A DNA stretch of 64,000 bases from assembly GCA_963666485.2 (NCBI GenBank), contig CAXXUO010000001.1, forward strand, positions 448,001-512,000, read 5' to 3'. Origin of the DNA: Syntrophorhabdaceae bacterium. Its GTDB lineage: Bacteria; Desulfobacterota; Syntrophorhabdia; Syntrophorhabdales; Syntrophorhabdaceae. Below are positions 20,049 to 28,546 of this stretch, one piece after another; position 1 is the stretch's first letter; each line of letters begins with the position of its first letter. The notes under the pieces were generated by a model. The model was not told the origin of the DNA. It saw only the letters and a list, made by a program, of their open reading frames with translations, and made no database searches. Both the position numbers and the translations under genes were made by a program.

Positions 20049-22235
20049 ATGCCCGAAAAAATAGAGCTTCCGATCACCGGCATGAACTGTGCCGCCTGTG
20101 CCGCCCGTATCGAGAGAGAGCTCAATAAAATGGAGGATGTGAAAGAGGCGCGGGTCAATTTTCCCCTCAAAAAAGCGGTCATCATGCCGAAACATGACCT
20201 CGAGTTGAAAGAGGTCATTACCCGCATCCGCGACATTGGGTACGACGTCGATATAGAAGGCGATATCACGGTCCGCGCTAAAAAGGAAGAAGCCGAACTT
20301 CGGAAGGATTTTACCTGGTCAATTCTTTTAAGCATCCCCATCATGGTCTTTTCCATGTGGATGGTGCTTCCCTACAATAACTATATACTCCTCGTGCTTA
20401 CCCTGCCCGTGCAATTCTATTTCGGCCTGAGATTCCACAGATCGGCCCTTGCAAACCTCAGGCATTTCACCGCGGACATGAACACGCTCATCTCGGTGGG
20501 AACGTCGGCCGCCTTCTTTTACAGCGCTTTCGTGACATTCTTCCCGCACGTCGTCATGGCAGCGGGCGTATCGATGATGACATATTTTGATTCAAGCGCC
20601 ACCATCATCTCGCTCATACTTCTTGGCAGGTATTTTGAATCGAAGGCCAAGACCAGGACATACACGGCCATAAAGCTGCTCTACGAGCTCGCGCCGAAGG
20701 AGTGCATCGTCCTGAAAGACGGGACCGAGACACGCGTACCGACGGATTCCCTCGAGGTCGGGGACATGGTGCTCATCCGGCCGGGTGAAAAAGTCCCGAT
20801 AGACGGCACGGTCGTGGAGGGGAACACGTATGTCGACGAATCAATGATCACGGGAGAGAGCATGCCGGTCCACAAGGCGCCGAAAAGCGAGGTGATCGGC
20901 GGGACCATTAACGGAAAAGGCTCGGTCACGATCAGGACGACGCGTATCGGTGCCGACACGGTCCTCGCGAAGGTGATCCGGCTTGTCGAGGAGGCCCAGT
21001 TCACGAAAGCGCCCGTCCAGCGGCTCGCTGACAGGGTGGCGGGCGTGTTTGTCCCCATAGTCATCGGGATCGGCATCTGCGCCTTTATCGTATGGTTTTT
21101 CTTTGGACCCGAACCAAAGGTCACGAATGCCGTCCTTTCCTTTGTAAGCGTCCTTATCATAGCGTGCCCCTGTGCTCTCGGCCTCGCCACGCCAACGGCC
21201 ATCATGGTCGCAACCGGAGTGGGTGCGAGGCGGGGGATCCTCATTAAGAGCGCCGAGGCCCTCGAGCTGACCAACAGGACCCGCCATGTCCTTTTTGACA
21301 AGACCGGGACCCTTACCGAAGGAACGATCGTCCTGGCGGATATCATCCCCTTCGACCATTGTACGGATGAAGAGGTCCTCCGGATAGCGTACAACCTCGA
21401 GCGGCCTTCCGAGCACCCCTTTTCCGAAGCACTGAGAAAAAAGACGCAGGAGATGAACATCCCGTCGGCCGGCGTCGACAACTTTGAGGCGATTGCGGGA
21501 AAAGGGATCAGGGCAACGGTAGACGGGACAGTTTACCGGATGGGGAACAGGACCTTCTACGAAGATGAAGGAGGCGCCCTCGACGAAAAAGTACTGCACG
21601 TTTATGAAGAAAAAGAGAACTCGGCCGCTTCGCCGGTTATCCTGTGGGACGACTCGGGCATAATAGCCCTTCTGACCTTCAGCGATACCGTGCGCGAAGA
21701 ATCGGCCGGCGTTGTGACCGAACTCAAGAAAATGGGCATCGACCCGGTGATGATAACAGGCGACAGCCAGAACGGGGCGCGATCGATAAGCTCGCGGGTC
21801 GGGATCGACACGTATTTCTCCCGGGTCCTTCCGGACGGGAAGGCATCGATCGTGGAGGATTTCAAAAAGAGGGGCGTCACCATCATGGTCGGGGACGGCA
21901 TCAATGACGCGCCGTCGCTTGCGGCCGCCGACATCGGCGTCGCCATGGGCAAGGGCACGGACATAGCCATAGAATCGGCGGACGTGGTCCTGATGAAAGG
22001 TCAGCTGTCGCGGCTCGTCAGCCTCATAAAGCTCTCAAAAAAGACGATCAGGATCATACGGCAAAACCTGTTCTGGGCGTTTATCTATAACGTTCTCGGA
22101 ATACCCATCGCGTTCGGCGCACTGTATCCTTTCTTCGGTATAAGGCTCGAGCCGATATTCGGCGCGGCCGCTATGGTCGTGAGCTCCATCTCCGTGGTGA
22201 GCAATTCATTAAGGCTCAGGCTGTTCAAAGACTGA
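20049..22235 (+). CDS. copA: heavy-metal (Cu+-type) translocating P1B ATPase
   Basis: GMNCAAC HMA domain, TGES, CPCALG, DKTGTLT, SEHP, GDGINDAP, YN and MxxSS motifs. Confidence 0.92.
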   Translation: MPEKIELPITGMNCAACAARIERELNKMEDVKEARVNFPLKKAVIMPKHDLELKEVITRIRDIGYDVDIEGDITVRAKKEEAELRKDFTWSILLSIPIMVFSMWMVLPYNNYILLVLTLPVQFYFGLRFHRSALANLRHFTADMNTLISVGTSAAFFYSAFVTFFPHVVMAAGVSMMTYFDSSATIISLILLGRYFESKAKTRTYTAIKLLYELAPKECIVLKDGTETRVPTDSLEVGDMVLIRPGEKVPIDGTVVEGNTYVDESMITGESMPVHKAPKSEVIGGTINGKGSVTIRTTRIGADTVLAKVIRLVEEAQFTKAPVQRLADRVAGVFVPIVIGIGICAFIVWFFFGPEPKVTNAVLSFVSVLIIACPCALGLATPTAIMVATGVGARRGILIKSAEALELTNRTRHVLFDKTGTLTEGTIVLADIIPFDHCTDEEVLRIAYNLERPSEHPFSEALRKKTQEMNIPSAGVDNFEAIAGKGIRATVDGTVYRMGNRTFYEDEGGALDEKVLHVYEEKENSAASPVILWDDSGIIALLTFSDTVREESAGVVTELKKMGIDPVMITGDSQNGARSISSRVGIDTYFSRVLPDGKASIVEDFKKRGVTIMVGDGINDAPSLAAADIGVAMGKGTDIAIESADVVLMKGQLSRLVSLIKLSKKTIRIIRQNLFWAFIYNVLGIPIAFGALYPFFGIRLEPIFGAAAMVVSSISVVSNSLRLRLFKD

Positions 22236-22243
22236 CCCGCCGG

Positions 22244-23107
22244 TTATTTCTGCTGCTCGTCGAAATATTTCCCGTTTACCTCCCATCCGATGACAGCAAA
22301 ATCGGCATGTGAGGTTGCAAGCGGATCCGACTTCCAGGAAAAACCGAGTGACGGCACGCTTACCTTTGCTTCCGCCTCGGCCTTTGCCCGGAACCCCTCA
22401 AACCGGAAATGTTTCTGCTTATCCTCGATAACGAGCGCCTCCGGCATCGCTGTCCATACAACCTTCAGGCTCATCACCGCGGGCACATACCGGGCTGTGA
22501 GTTCCGGCCATTTCGGCTGGTCGATGACCGGTGTAACGATCTCAAGGGTCGCCTGTTTCGCGTCGGGCGAGACGGTGAGGCTGCCCTTTGGCACGGGGGC
22601 AACCCAGTACAGCCCCGAAGGCGCGATAGCAGGATGAAAATCGTGGATCTTTTTCCCCCCGGCGACCGCCGGGCCCTCAAAGAGGGTGAGTCATATATGG
22701 GAAAATGTTCCCGCGTGCTCCTGCCGGCCCGCGAAATATTTCCCCTCCATGAAGGAAAAATCGGTGCTGGGGGCCCCGAACGCTATGCGGTTGCCACGAT
22801 CATCAGTTCCCATTCCGGTAAAGGCGTTGCTTCGCGCCACGTGCCCTTTGAAATGGTATATGCTCGACGGTTCCATGCCCGGTCCCGGCGATTGGTTCTG
22901 GCTCCCATTCTTGTCAAGCCAGGGTATCGGGAAAGGATCGCTGCCCCCGTTTGAGGGTTCGCTCCACTCTTCGGCGGTCTGACCAATCCCGTGGTTCGCA
23001 AAAAGAAGGGACGCCCCGGCGATAAGGAGCACGCCCGATCCCATCATTTCGCGCCTCGTCAGACCGTTGATCCCGCCAGGTCTCTTTTTACCGGAATACT
23101 CCATCAT
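22244..23107 (-). CDS. Tat-signal protein with in-frame UGA at codon 139, candidate selenoprotein (287 aa; split in two in the ORF track)
   Basis: GAAGGAGG RBS; LTRREMM plus hydrophobic signal; ..GTFSHI-UGA(22693-22691)-LTLFEGPAVAGGKKIHDFHPAIAPSGLYWV.. stays open in frame to TAA 22244; SECIS-like hairpin follows the UGA. Confidence 0.75.
22658..22690 (-). promoter_or_regulatory. candidate bacterial SECIS element
   Basis: CCCGGC-GGUC-GCCGGG stem-loop with the loop starting 23 nt after UGA. Confidence 0.65.
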
Positions 23108-23238
23108 GGGCCTCCTTCGATCTTTGGTAACATTATCAAAATACTAATCATTTTCCTGCTGCGGGCAAGCATTCCGCCTCGTCCGGCCTTGCAGGGCTTT
23201 CCTTCCGGTACCCGAGACTGTGTCCCAATAAGCCATTA

Positions 23239-23394
23239 CGTCATTCCGCCGGCTTTTGCGGCGGAATCCAGCGTCTTTATCTTCTTTATCCAACTCCATG
23301 GGGAGAAGCATAGTTGTGGCTGTTATCCTATCTTACTGATATTATGGGAGAACAAAACACCAAAGACACTGGATCCCGGCAAGCCGGGATGACG
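23239..23394. repeat. divergent REP-like doublet, copy D
   Basis: CGTCATTCCGCCGGCTTTTGCGGCGGAATCCAG....CTGGATCCCGGCAAGCCGGGATGACG. Confidence 0.7.
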
Positions 23395-23543
23395 GGATGT
23401 AGTTTATATCCATAATTTCCGCACTTCCCTGTGGGAATAAAGACTCTGACACCCGTGGTTTGCCTGGAAATCTATGTACGTTGTAGAATATAGAGGATAT
23501 GTTACAATTCTCGGATAGACCTATTATCAAGGAAGGGGGAGTC

Positions 23544-23981
23544 ATGAAGATACCGGAGTATATTACAAAAGTCGAGGTCACAAGATTCTGCAAGGAGCTG
23601 AAGATCAGGGATTGGGCGAAACTGAAAACCGCGAAGGTATTGCCAAAAGAAGCGAAGGCCATCCTTGCCGCGGTGAACGAGTCAAAGATGAACATCGATC
23701 CGGAAGAATTCCTCAAAGGTCTCGAGGTGGAACTCGAGCACGGCGTCAGGTTCAAGGATGCCAATATCACCAATAACCACCCTCTGGTCACCGGCAAGAT
23801 CGTCATCGCCCATCTCAAGGAGTCCCTGGACTATTACAAGCTTCTCGAAGTAGCGGAGCTTGAGGGCGACCTGCATAAGGCCGTGGTAGCAGGGGATATG
23901 AAAAAGATAAAAAAGGAATACAAGAAATTGGCGCTGGCGAAGATAATTCTGGCGAAAACGGTGGCGGCGCAGGTGAAATGA
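23544..23981 (+). CDS. DUF5661-like protein
   Basis: GGGGGAG RBS; EEFLKGLEVELEHG..NIT..KIVIAHLKESLDYYKLL motif. Confidence 0.8.
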   Translation: MKIPEYITKVEVTRFCKELKIRDWAKLKTAKVLPKEAKAILAAVNESKMNIDPEEFLKGLEVELEHGVRFKDANITNNHPLVTGKIVIAHLKESLDYYKLLEVAELEGDLHKAVVAGDMKKIKKEYKKLALAKIILAKTVAAQVK

Positions 23982-23985
23982 AAGC

Positions 23986-24085
23986 GGTTCTGCGTTCTGC
24001 GTTCTGCGTTCTAGGCTCTGCGTTAGAAAATAAACCTACAATTAGGCATAAAACGTAGAACGCGGAACGTAGAACGCGGAACGCT
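23986..24085. repeat. inverted pair of (GTTCTGC)n heptamer arrays between convergent genes
   Basis: GTTCTGCGTTCTGCGTTCTGCGTTCTAG.. mirrored by AACGTAGAACGCGGAACGTAGAACGCGGAACGC. Confidence 0.85.
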
Positions 24086-24091
24086 TCGCGA

Positions 24092-24781
24092 TTATCGCAG
24101 CATCTCTTTTAACACGTTAAGAGCTTCGTTGCTCGTCGGGTCGAGGGACAGGGCTTTTTGCGCATTTTCTATCGCCTCGGCTATCGCGCCGCTTTTTATG
24201 AGGACCCGGGCGAGGCCGATGTATGCCTTTGCATTGTCCGGGTTTTCCTTGATCGCATCACGAAAGACCCCCACCGCGTCCCGGACATCCCCTTTGCGCG
24301 CGAGGCCCGTCGCGACCGCGACGAGAACGTTTGACATATCGTCCTTCACCTTCTTGCCCTTCGGGCTCGAGGACATGATCTCCCGGACGTATGTCAGCGA
24401 ACTCTCGAAATTCCCCTTTCCGAGTTCATCAAAGGCTGCTCCCATGAGGGCATCGAGAAGTATGTCGAACGCCTGCGACTTGAAATCATCCGGCGACAAA
24501 CGGTAGGCCTGGCGCAAGGCAGGCAGCGCCTTTCCATAGTTCTTCATAGTGAGATACGTCCTGCCGAGGTACAACTGGGCCTCATAATAATCGGGCTCCC
24601 TCTCCGCAGCCCTCTGAAAAAAAGGCAGGGCACTGTCAAATTTCCCCTGGTTGAAAAGGTTGAGCCCGGCATTAAAATCCGCCCTGGCCTCCGGGCTTGT
24701 CCCAACTCCGGCACAGGAAACGAGAAAGATGGCTGCAACAGCCAGTATTAAAAAGCCTGATAAAAAACCTTTAAAATTCAT
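24092..24781 (-). CDS. TPR-repeat lipoprotein
   Basis: lipobox FLVSC; several TPR units (AQLYLGRTY, AYIGLARVL..ALSLDP). Confidence 0.88.
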   Translation of the reverse strand: MNFKGFLSGFLILAVAAIFLVSCAGVGTSPEARADFNAGLNLFNQGKFDSALPFFQRAAEREPDYYEAQLYLGRTYLTMKNYGKALPALRQAYRLSPDDFKSQAFDILLDALMGAAFDELGKGNFESSLTYVREIMSSSPKGKKVKDDMSNVLVAVATGLARKGDVRDAVGVFRDAIKENPDNAKAYIGLARVLIKSGAIAEAIENAQKALSLDPTSNEALNVLKEMLR

Positions 24782-24826
24782 GAAACATGCTCCTGCACAA
24801 TGTCCTCGTCATCCCTTCGCTCTCGC

Positions 24827-24943
24827 CGTCATCCCGGGCTTGACCCGGGACCCAAGGTGTTGCCTTTGTTTTGATACTTATAAAACCATCAAAAAAATAC
24901 AAAAAAACAAAACCTTGGGTCCCGGGTCAAGCCCGGGATGACG
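24827..24943. repeat. REP-like doublet, copy B
   Basis: CGTCATCCCGGGCTTGACCCGGGACCCAAGG....CCTTGGGTCCCGGGTCAAGCCCGGGATGACG, perfect inverted arms. Confidence 0.9.
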
Positions 24944-25039
24944 AAATTTGGGGCCTGAATGACGGTAGCTGGGGCCAGGATAACTTATAGCTGGGCCCGG
25001 GATGATGGATAAAAGCCCACCCATCGCTGATTGCCTTTA

Positions 25040-25160
25040 TCCGTTCGCCCATTGCCTTTCGCCTTTTCCCTTTTCTCTTTCGCCTTTTGCCTTTTGCCTT
25101 TTGCCTTTTGCCTTTTGCCTTTCGCCGTTAGCCGTACGCCGTTAGCCGTACGCCGTTCCC
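25040..25160. repeat. heptamer array (GCCTTTT)n / (GCCGTTA, GCCGTAC)n
   Basis: period-7 run directly after the stop codon of the YdbL-like gene; same family as 6069-6140. Confidence 0.9.
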
Positions 25161-25748
25161 CTACTTCTTCTGCCATCCCCCCTGATCGTTCTGTATCCAC
25201 CAACCGGACTGTGACTTGTCACGCCAGCTGTTTGCGAATATCTTCTGGATCTTCGGCAGGGAGTCGGCGCCGAGTTTGTTCGCGCGCATGATCTCATTGT
25301 AGAGGGCGGTGCGGTTATTGTTCTCCGCGCCCATGACGCGGTTCAGGTCGGCCTTTTCCTTCAGGTTGAGGCTGCCCGTATCCCGCTGTTCCAGCATCCC
25401 CATATTGTTCTCGCCTATAGCGCCTTTGTCGTAGAAATTCTTCAGCTGCGGATAATTGTCTTTCATCGCTTGCTTGAGACTGCGTATGGCGGGTGTGGAA
25501 ACATCGATATTGATCTGGGCATGCGCCTCAGTTGGCCCGATCAGGCCTTTCAGCGAATCGAAAAGCCGGCTCTGCTTGTCGCTCTTTTTCTCTTCGGGCT
25601 GTTTCTGGTCCTTTGTCCCGCGCACATCGTCGACTATCTCGTCCGCCGCCTTCTGAATGGCTGCAGCCGGGAAATATATATTGACCGTGACACACGCCGC
25701 GAACAGTATCATGAAACTCAATGCCAGGTGACGTAATTTTCTGATCAT
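25161..25748 (-). CDS. DUF1318/YdbL family lipoprotein with YnbE-like N-terminus
   Basis: lipobox FAAC-VTVNIYFPAAAIQKAADEIVDDV; GAIGENNMG..ENNNRTALY..GWWIQNDQGGWQKK. Confidence 0.85.
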   Translation of the reverse strand: MIRKLRHLALSFMILFAACVTVNIYFPAAAIQKAADEIVDDVRGTKDQKQPEEKKSDKQSRLFDSLKGLIGPTEAHAQINIDVSTPAIRSLKQAMKDNYPQLKNFYDKGAIGENNMGMLEQRDTGSLNLKEKADLNRVMGAENNNRTALYNEIMRANKLGADSLPKIQKIFANSWRDKSQSGWWIQNDQGGWQKK

Positions 25749-25770
25749 TGGATCCTCCTTTGTAAATCCC

Positions 25771-28410
25771 TTAGTTGACCTTTATTGTCGGGCCGGTCCC
25801 ATCCTTGCTCTTATGGAAGACCCGGCCTATCCTTTCCTGCATATCCTTGAAGCTTACCATATTCCGGGGGTCCCTGTTGACAACATCTATCCCCCGCAAA
25901 AAAGCCCTTCGTATCAGGTATTCCTTGCCGCCTTCGACAATCTTTCCCCTGATATTAAAATTGTCGTTTTCCAGCGTGCACCTGATCCCGATCCTGCTGT
26001 AAGGATACTCCTTGAAGAACTTGTTGATCCCGCTTTTCAGGATCGCCCCGATACCCCCGGTCCCCGTCCCCAGTATTGAAATGTTCTCGATCGCGTCGAC
26101 CGACACCTTGCGCGGCACGCCGCGCGCCTTCACGGTATCGAGATCGAAAACAAAACGGGAGGGCTGGCCGTACTCGACCTCGAGGTCTTTCATGGAGCCT
26201 TCGATAATTCCGGTTATCTTCCCGATCTTGATCGTCTCCGTTATTTTCCCGAGGTCTATGTTGCTGAATACGATATCGCCCCCTATCCTGCGCGAGGGCG
26301 CAAAAAGGTCCCTGGCGTACATATCGAGCACCTCGATCCTGCCGCCGAAGATGTCGACGGACATGCCGCCCTCGGTCTTCAGTTCACCGTTCTGGTAGGC
26401 GACCATCGGAAAACGCGCCTTCACGCTGCCGGGAAATGTAAGGCCGGTAAGGTCGTTGAGCAGCCGGGGAAGATCGATGCCCGTTACCGTCCCGGCAAAA
26501 GAGAACCGGGGCGACTCGCCGAGCACGTCCTTCGCGACCACGTCACGGATGCGTACCGCCCCGCCGTAAAAAGGAACGGAGATCACTCCCGTTGCGATCA
26601 CGTCAGTCCCTGAGGCAATAACGGGTATCTTCAGCTCGGGAAGGTTGTATTCCCCTTTTCTGAACCCCGAGATCGTGATCCAGCCCGGTCCGTGCTGTTC
26701 ATCCTTTGGACCGGTGCCCGCCTGCCCCGCAGACGCAAGGTCGAACGGGACGTCGACCTCCAGGGCTTTGACATCAAGAGCCAGGGCCGGAAGCGTGAGC
26801 GACGACGCTGCCAGCCTGATATTTCCTCTCGCTTCCCGTTTCTTTTCAAAGGATGCCAGCGAAACATCCGCGCTTAAGCTGCCGTCGGCGGCAATACCCT
26901 TGAGCGACGGCGCGGTTTCGGCAAGGTAGGCTGACAGGAAATCGGATACGATCCTCTTTATCGCCATGTCCCGGGCAGATACATGGAAACGCCATCCCTC
27001 CCTGCCAAAGTAGCCGTCATATGAGTATTGGCCTGTGTTGAAGAGGTCGCACTCCCCTTTGATCCGCGACCCGGCCTTGCTGCTTGTCAGGATGTCCGCA
27101 TTTGTCGAGAAACCGGCACGCTCCTTGGACAGGTCCTTATAGTACTTGCCCCAGAGATATTCCCCCGAGGATATCCGCGACGATACCTTGAGCGATGTGT
27201 CCTTGTCCCCCCGCGGCACTGTAAAATTCATAATGACGAGCCCGTTTATCCCCTGCGCCGCCTTTGAGCCGTCGGGCGATGCAAATCCGCCCTTCTTAAT
27301 GTCCATGGTGAGGTTCCCGGAAAGGGATGGCGACCCGCCGGAAAGCGTGCCGGCCATACGGCCTTTCAGGGCACCCCGGCCCTCGATCGACCATTTCTTC
27401 GCCTCTTCCTGTGTCATCAGGGATTTTGCCATCGAAAAGACGCTCGAAAAGTTGAGCTCGCGTGTCTCGAGCGCTGCAGTTATGGGCATCGTCCCTTTAA
27501 GCTTGAGGCGGGCGGCACCGTTAAGCGTACCAATGCCGGGCATGGTGATCCGGATATTATCGGAGGAAAGATCGCCGGTTTTCGTATCGTACCGGGTATC
27601 TATGCCAATAGCGGAATTCTTGAGAAGCGCCTTCCCGGAGTCCGCGAGGAGCGCAAATTCTTCAATGCCGATGGCCGACCGCACAATAACAATGCGGTCT
27701 TTTTCAAATTGAACGGGGACTATAAATTTCAACCCCTTCATCGTGACCTTGCCGGCCGCGAACACCCCTATATCCAGCTCGATGGTCCCTTTTCCCAGCA
27801 TGTCGGGGAAGATCCCGGTCAGCTTGAGCGTGCCCTTACATTTTCCCGTTACGAAGAATTCGGACTTTTCCGGTTCATTGACACCAACGAGTCCCGTGAA
27901 TGAGAGCGTCCCCCCGCGCTCGGGGGAGAAATCTTTCACCGTCAGGTCGATCTTTTTCAGGTCGATCCGCGTGTTCGACCCCTTGAAGAGGAGCGTGAAT
28001 TCCCCGTTCTCCATGGTGAGCAGGCGGACCGCCGGTATTTTCTTTATGAATGACAGGTCGGTTTCCGTTTCCTTCTTATCCCCGACGCGTATGCGTATCT
28101 TCGCGTCTTTGAGACGTATCCTTTCGACCTCGCCGCGAAAGACCTCCTTCGGCGTTGTATTCACCGTGAGGCGGGAACTCGTGAAGATAAAATTCTGATT
28201 GCGCGTATCAGCGAAGGTGAAACCTTTCAGGTCGGCCTTTACCAGGGGAAAGAAGAAGAAAGACTCGGCATTGACATCGTAACCATAAAGGGGGCCGCTC
28301 AGCATCGCGACGGAACGGAGAAGAAGGGGGGTCCTTGCAAGGACGGCAAGGCCTGCCGCACATACACCGACGAGGACAACGATCGTCAGGATGAATCTCT
28401 TGTTCCTCAT
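25771..28410 (-). CDS. AsmA-like/YdbH-like intermembrane bridge protein
   Basis: single N-terminal TM, long beta-rich body, repeated (F/Y)GG turns, C-terminal YSRIGIRCTLENDNF; upstream of YdbL-like gene. Confidence 0.75.
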   Translation of the reverse strand: MRNKRFILTIVVLVGVCAAGLAVLARTPLLLRSVAMLSGPLYGYDVNAESFFFFPLVKADLKGFTFADTRNQNFIFTSSRLTVNTTPKEVFRGEVERIRLKDAKIRIRVGDKKETETDLSFIKKIPAVRLLTMENGEFTLLFKGSNTRIDLKKIDLTVKDFSPERGGTLSFTGLVGVNEPEKSEFFVTGKCKGTLKLTGIFPDMLGKGTIELDIGVFAAGKVTMKGLKFIVPVQFEKDRIVIVRSAIGIEEFALLADSGKALLKNSAIGIDTRYDTKTGDLSSDNIRITMPGIGTLNGAARLKLKGTMPITAALETRELNFSSVFSMAKSLMTQEEAKKWSIEGRGALKGRMAGTLSGGSPSLSGNLTMDIKKGGFASPDGSKAAQGINGLVIMNFTVPRGDKDTSLKVSSRISSGEYLWGKYYKDLSKERAGFSTNADILTSSKAGSRIKGECDLFNTGQYSYDGYFGREGWRFHVSARDMAIKRIVSDFLSAYLAETAPSLKGIAADGSLSADVSLASFEKKREARGNIRLAASSLTLPALALDVKALEVDVPFDLASAGQAGTGPKDEQHGPGWITISGFRKGEYNLPELKIPVIASGTDVIATGVISVPFYGGAVRIRDVVAKDVLGESPRFSFAGTVTGIDLPRLLNDLTGLTFPGSVKARFPMVAYQNGELKTEGGMSVDIFGGRIEVLDMYARDLFAPSRRIGGDIVFSNIDLGKITETIKIGKITGIIEGSMKDLEVEYGQPSRFVFDLDTVKARGVPRKVSVDAIENISILGTGTGGIGAILKSGINKFFKEYPYSRIGIRCTLENDNFNIRGKIVEGGKEYLIRRAFLRGIDVVNRDPRNMVSFKDMQERIGRVFHKSKDGTGPTIKVN

Positions 28411-28546
28411 GGGACTCCCGGAGGAGGCCCGCGGGTCTGCGGGCCGTTTCGGCCGCCTGCGGCGGCAGTTTCAAGTTTCGAGAGAATGCATCATGAATAA
28501 AGACGCCAGCCTCTCTTGTCTTTCAGTATTATATCCGTTATTGTAG

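Noticed and set aside
24985..25291. ORFs with KRQKAKG or FAFCLLP repeats (also 5954-6178 and the 47701-47775 extension)
   Set aside because: They are translations of the heptamer arrays.
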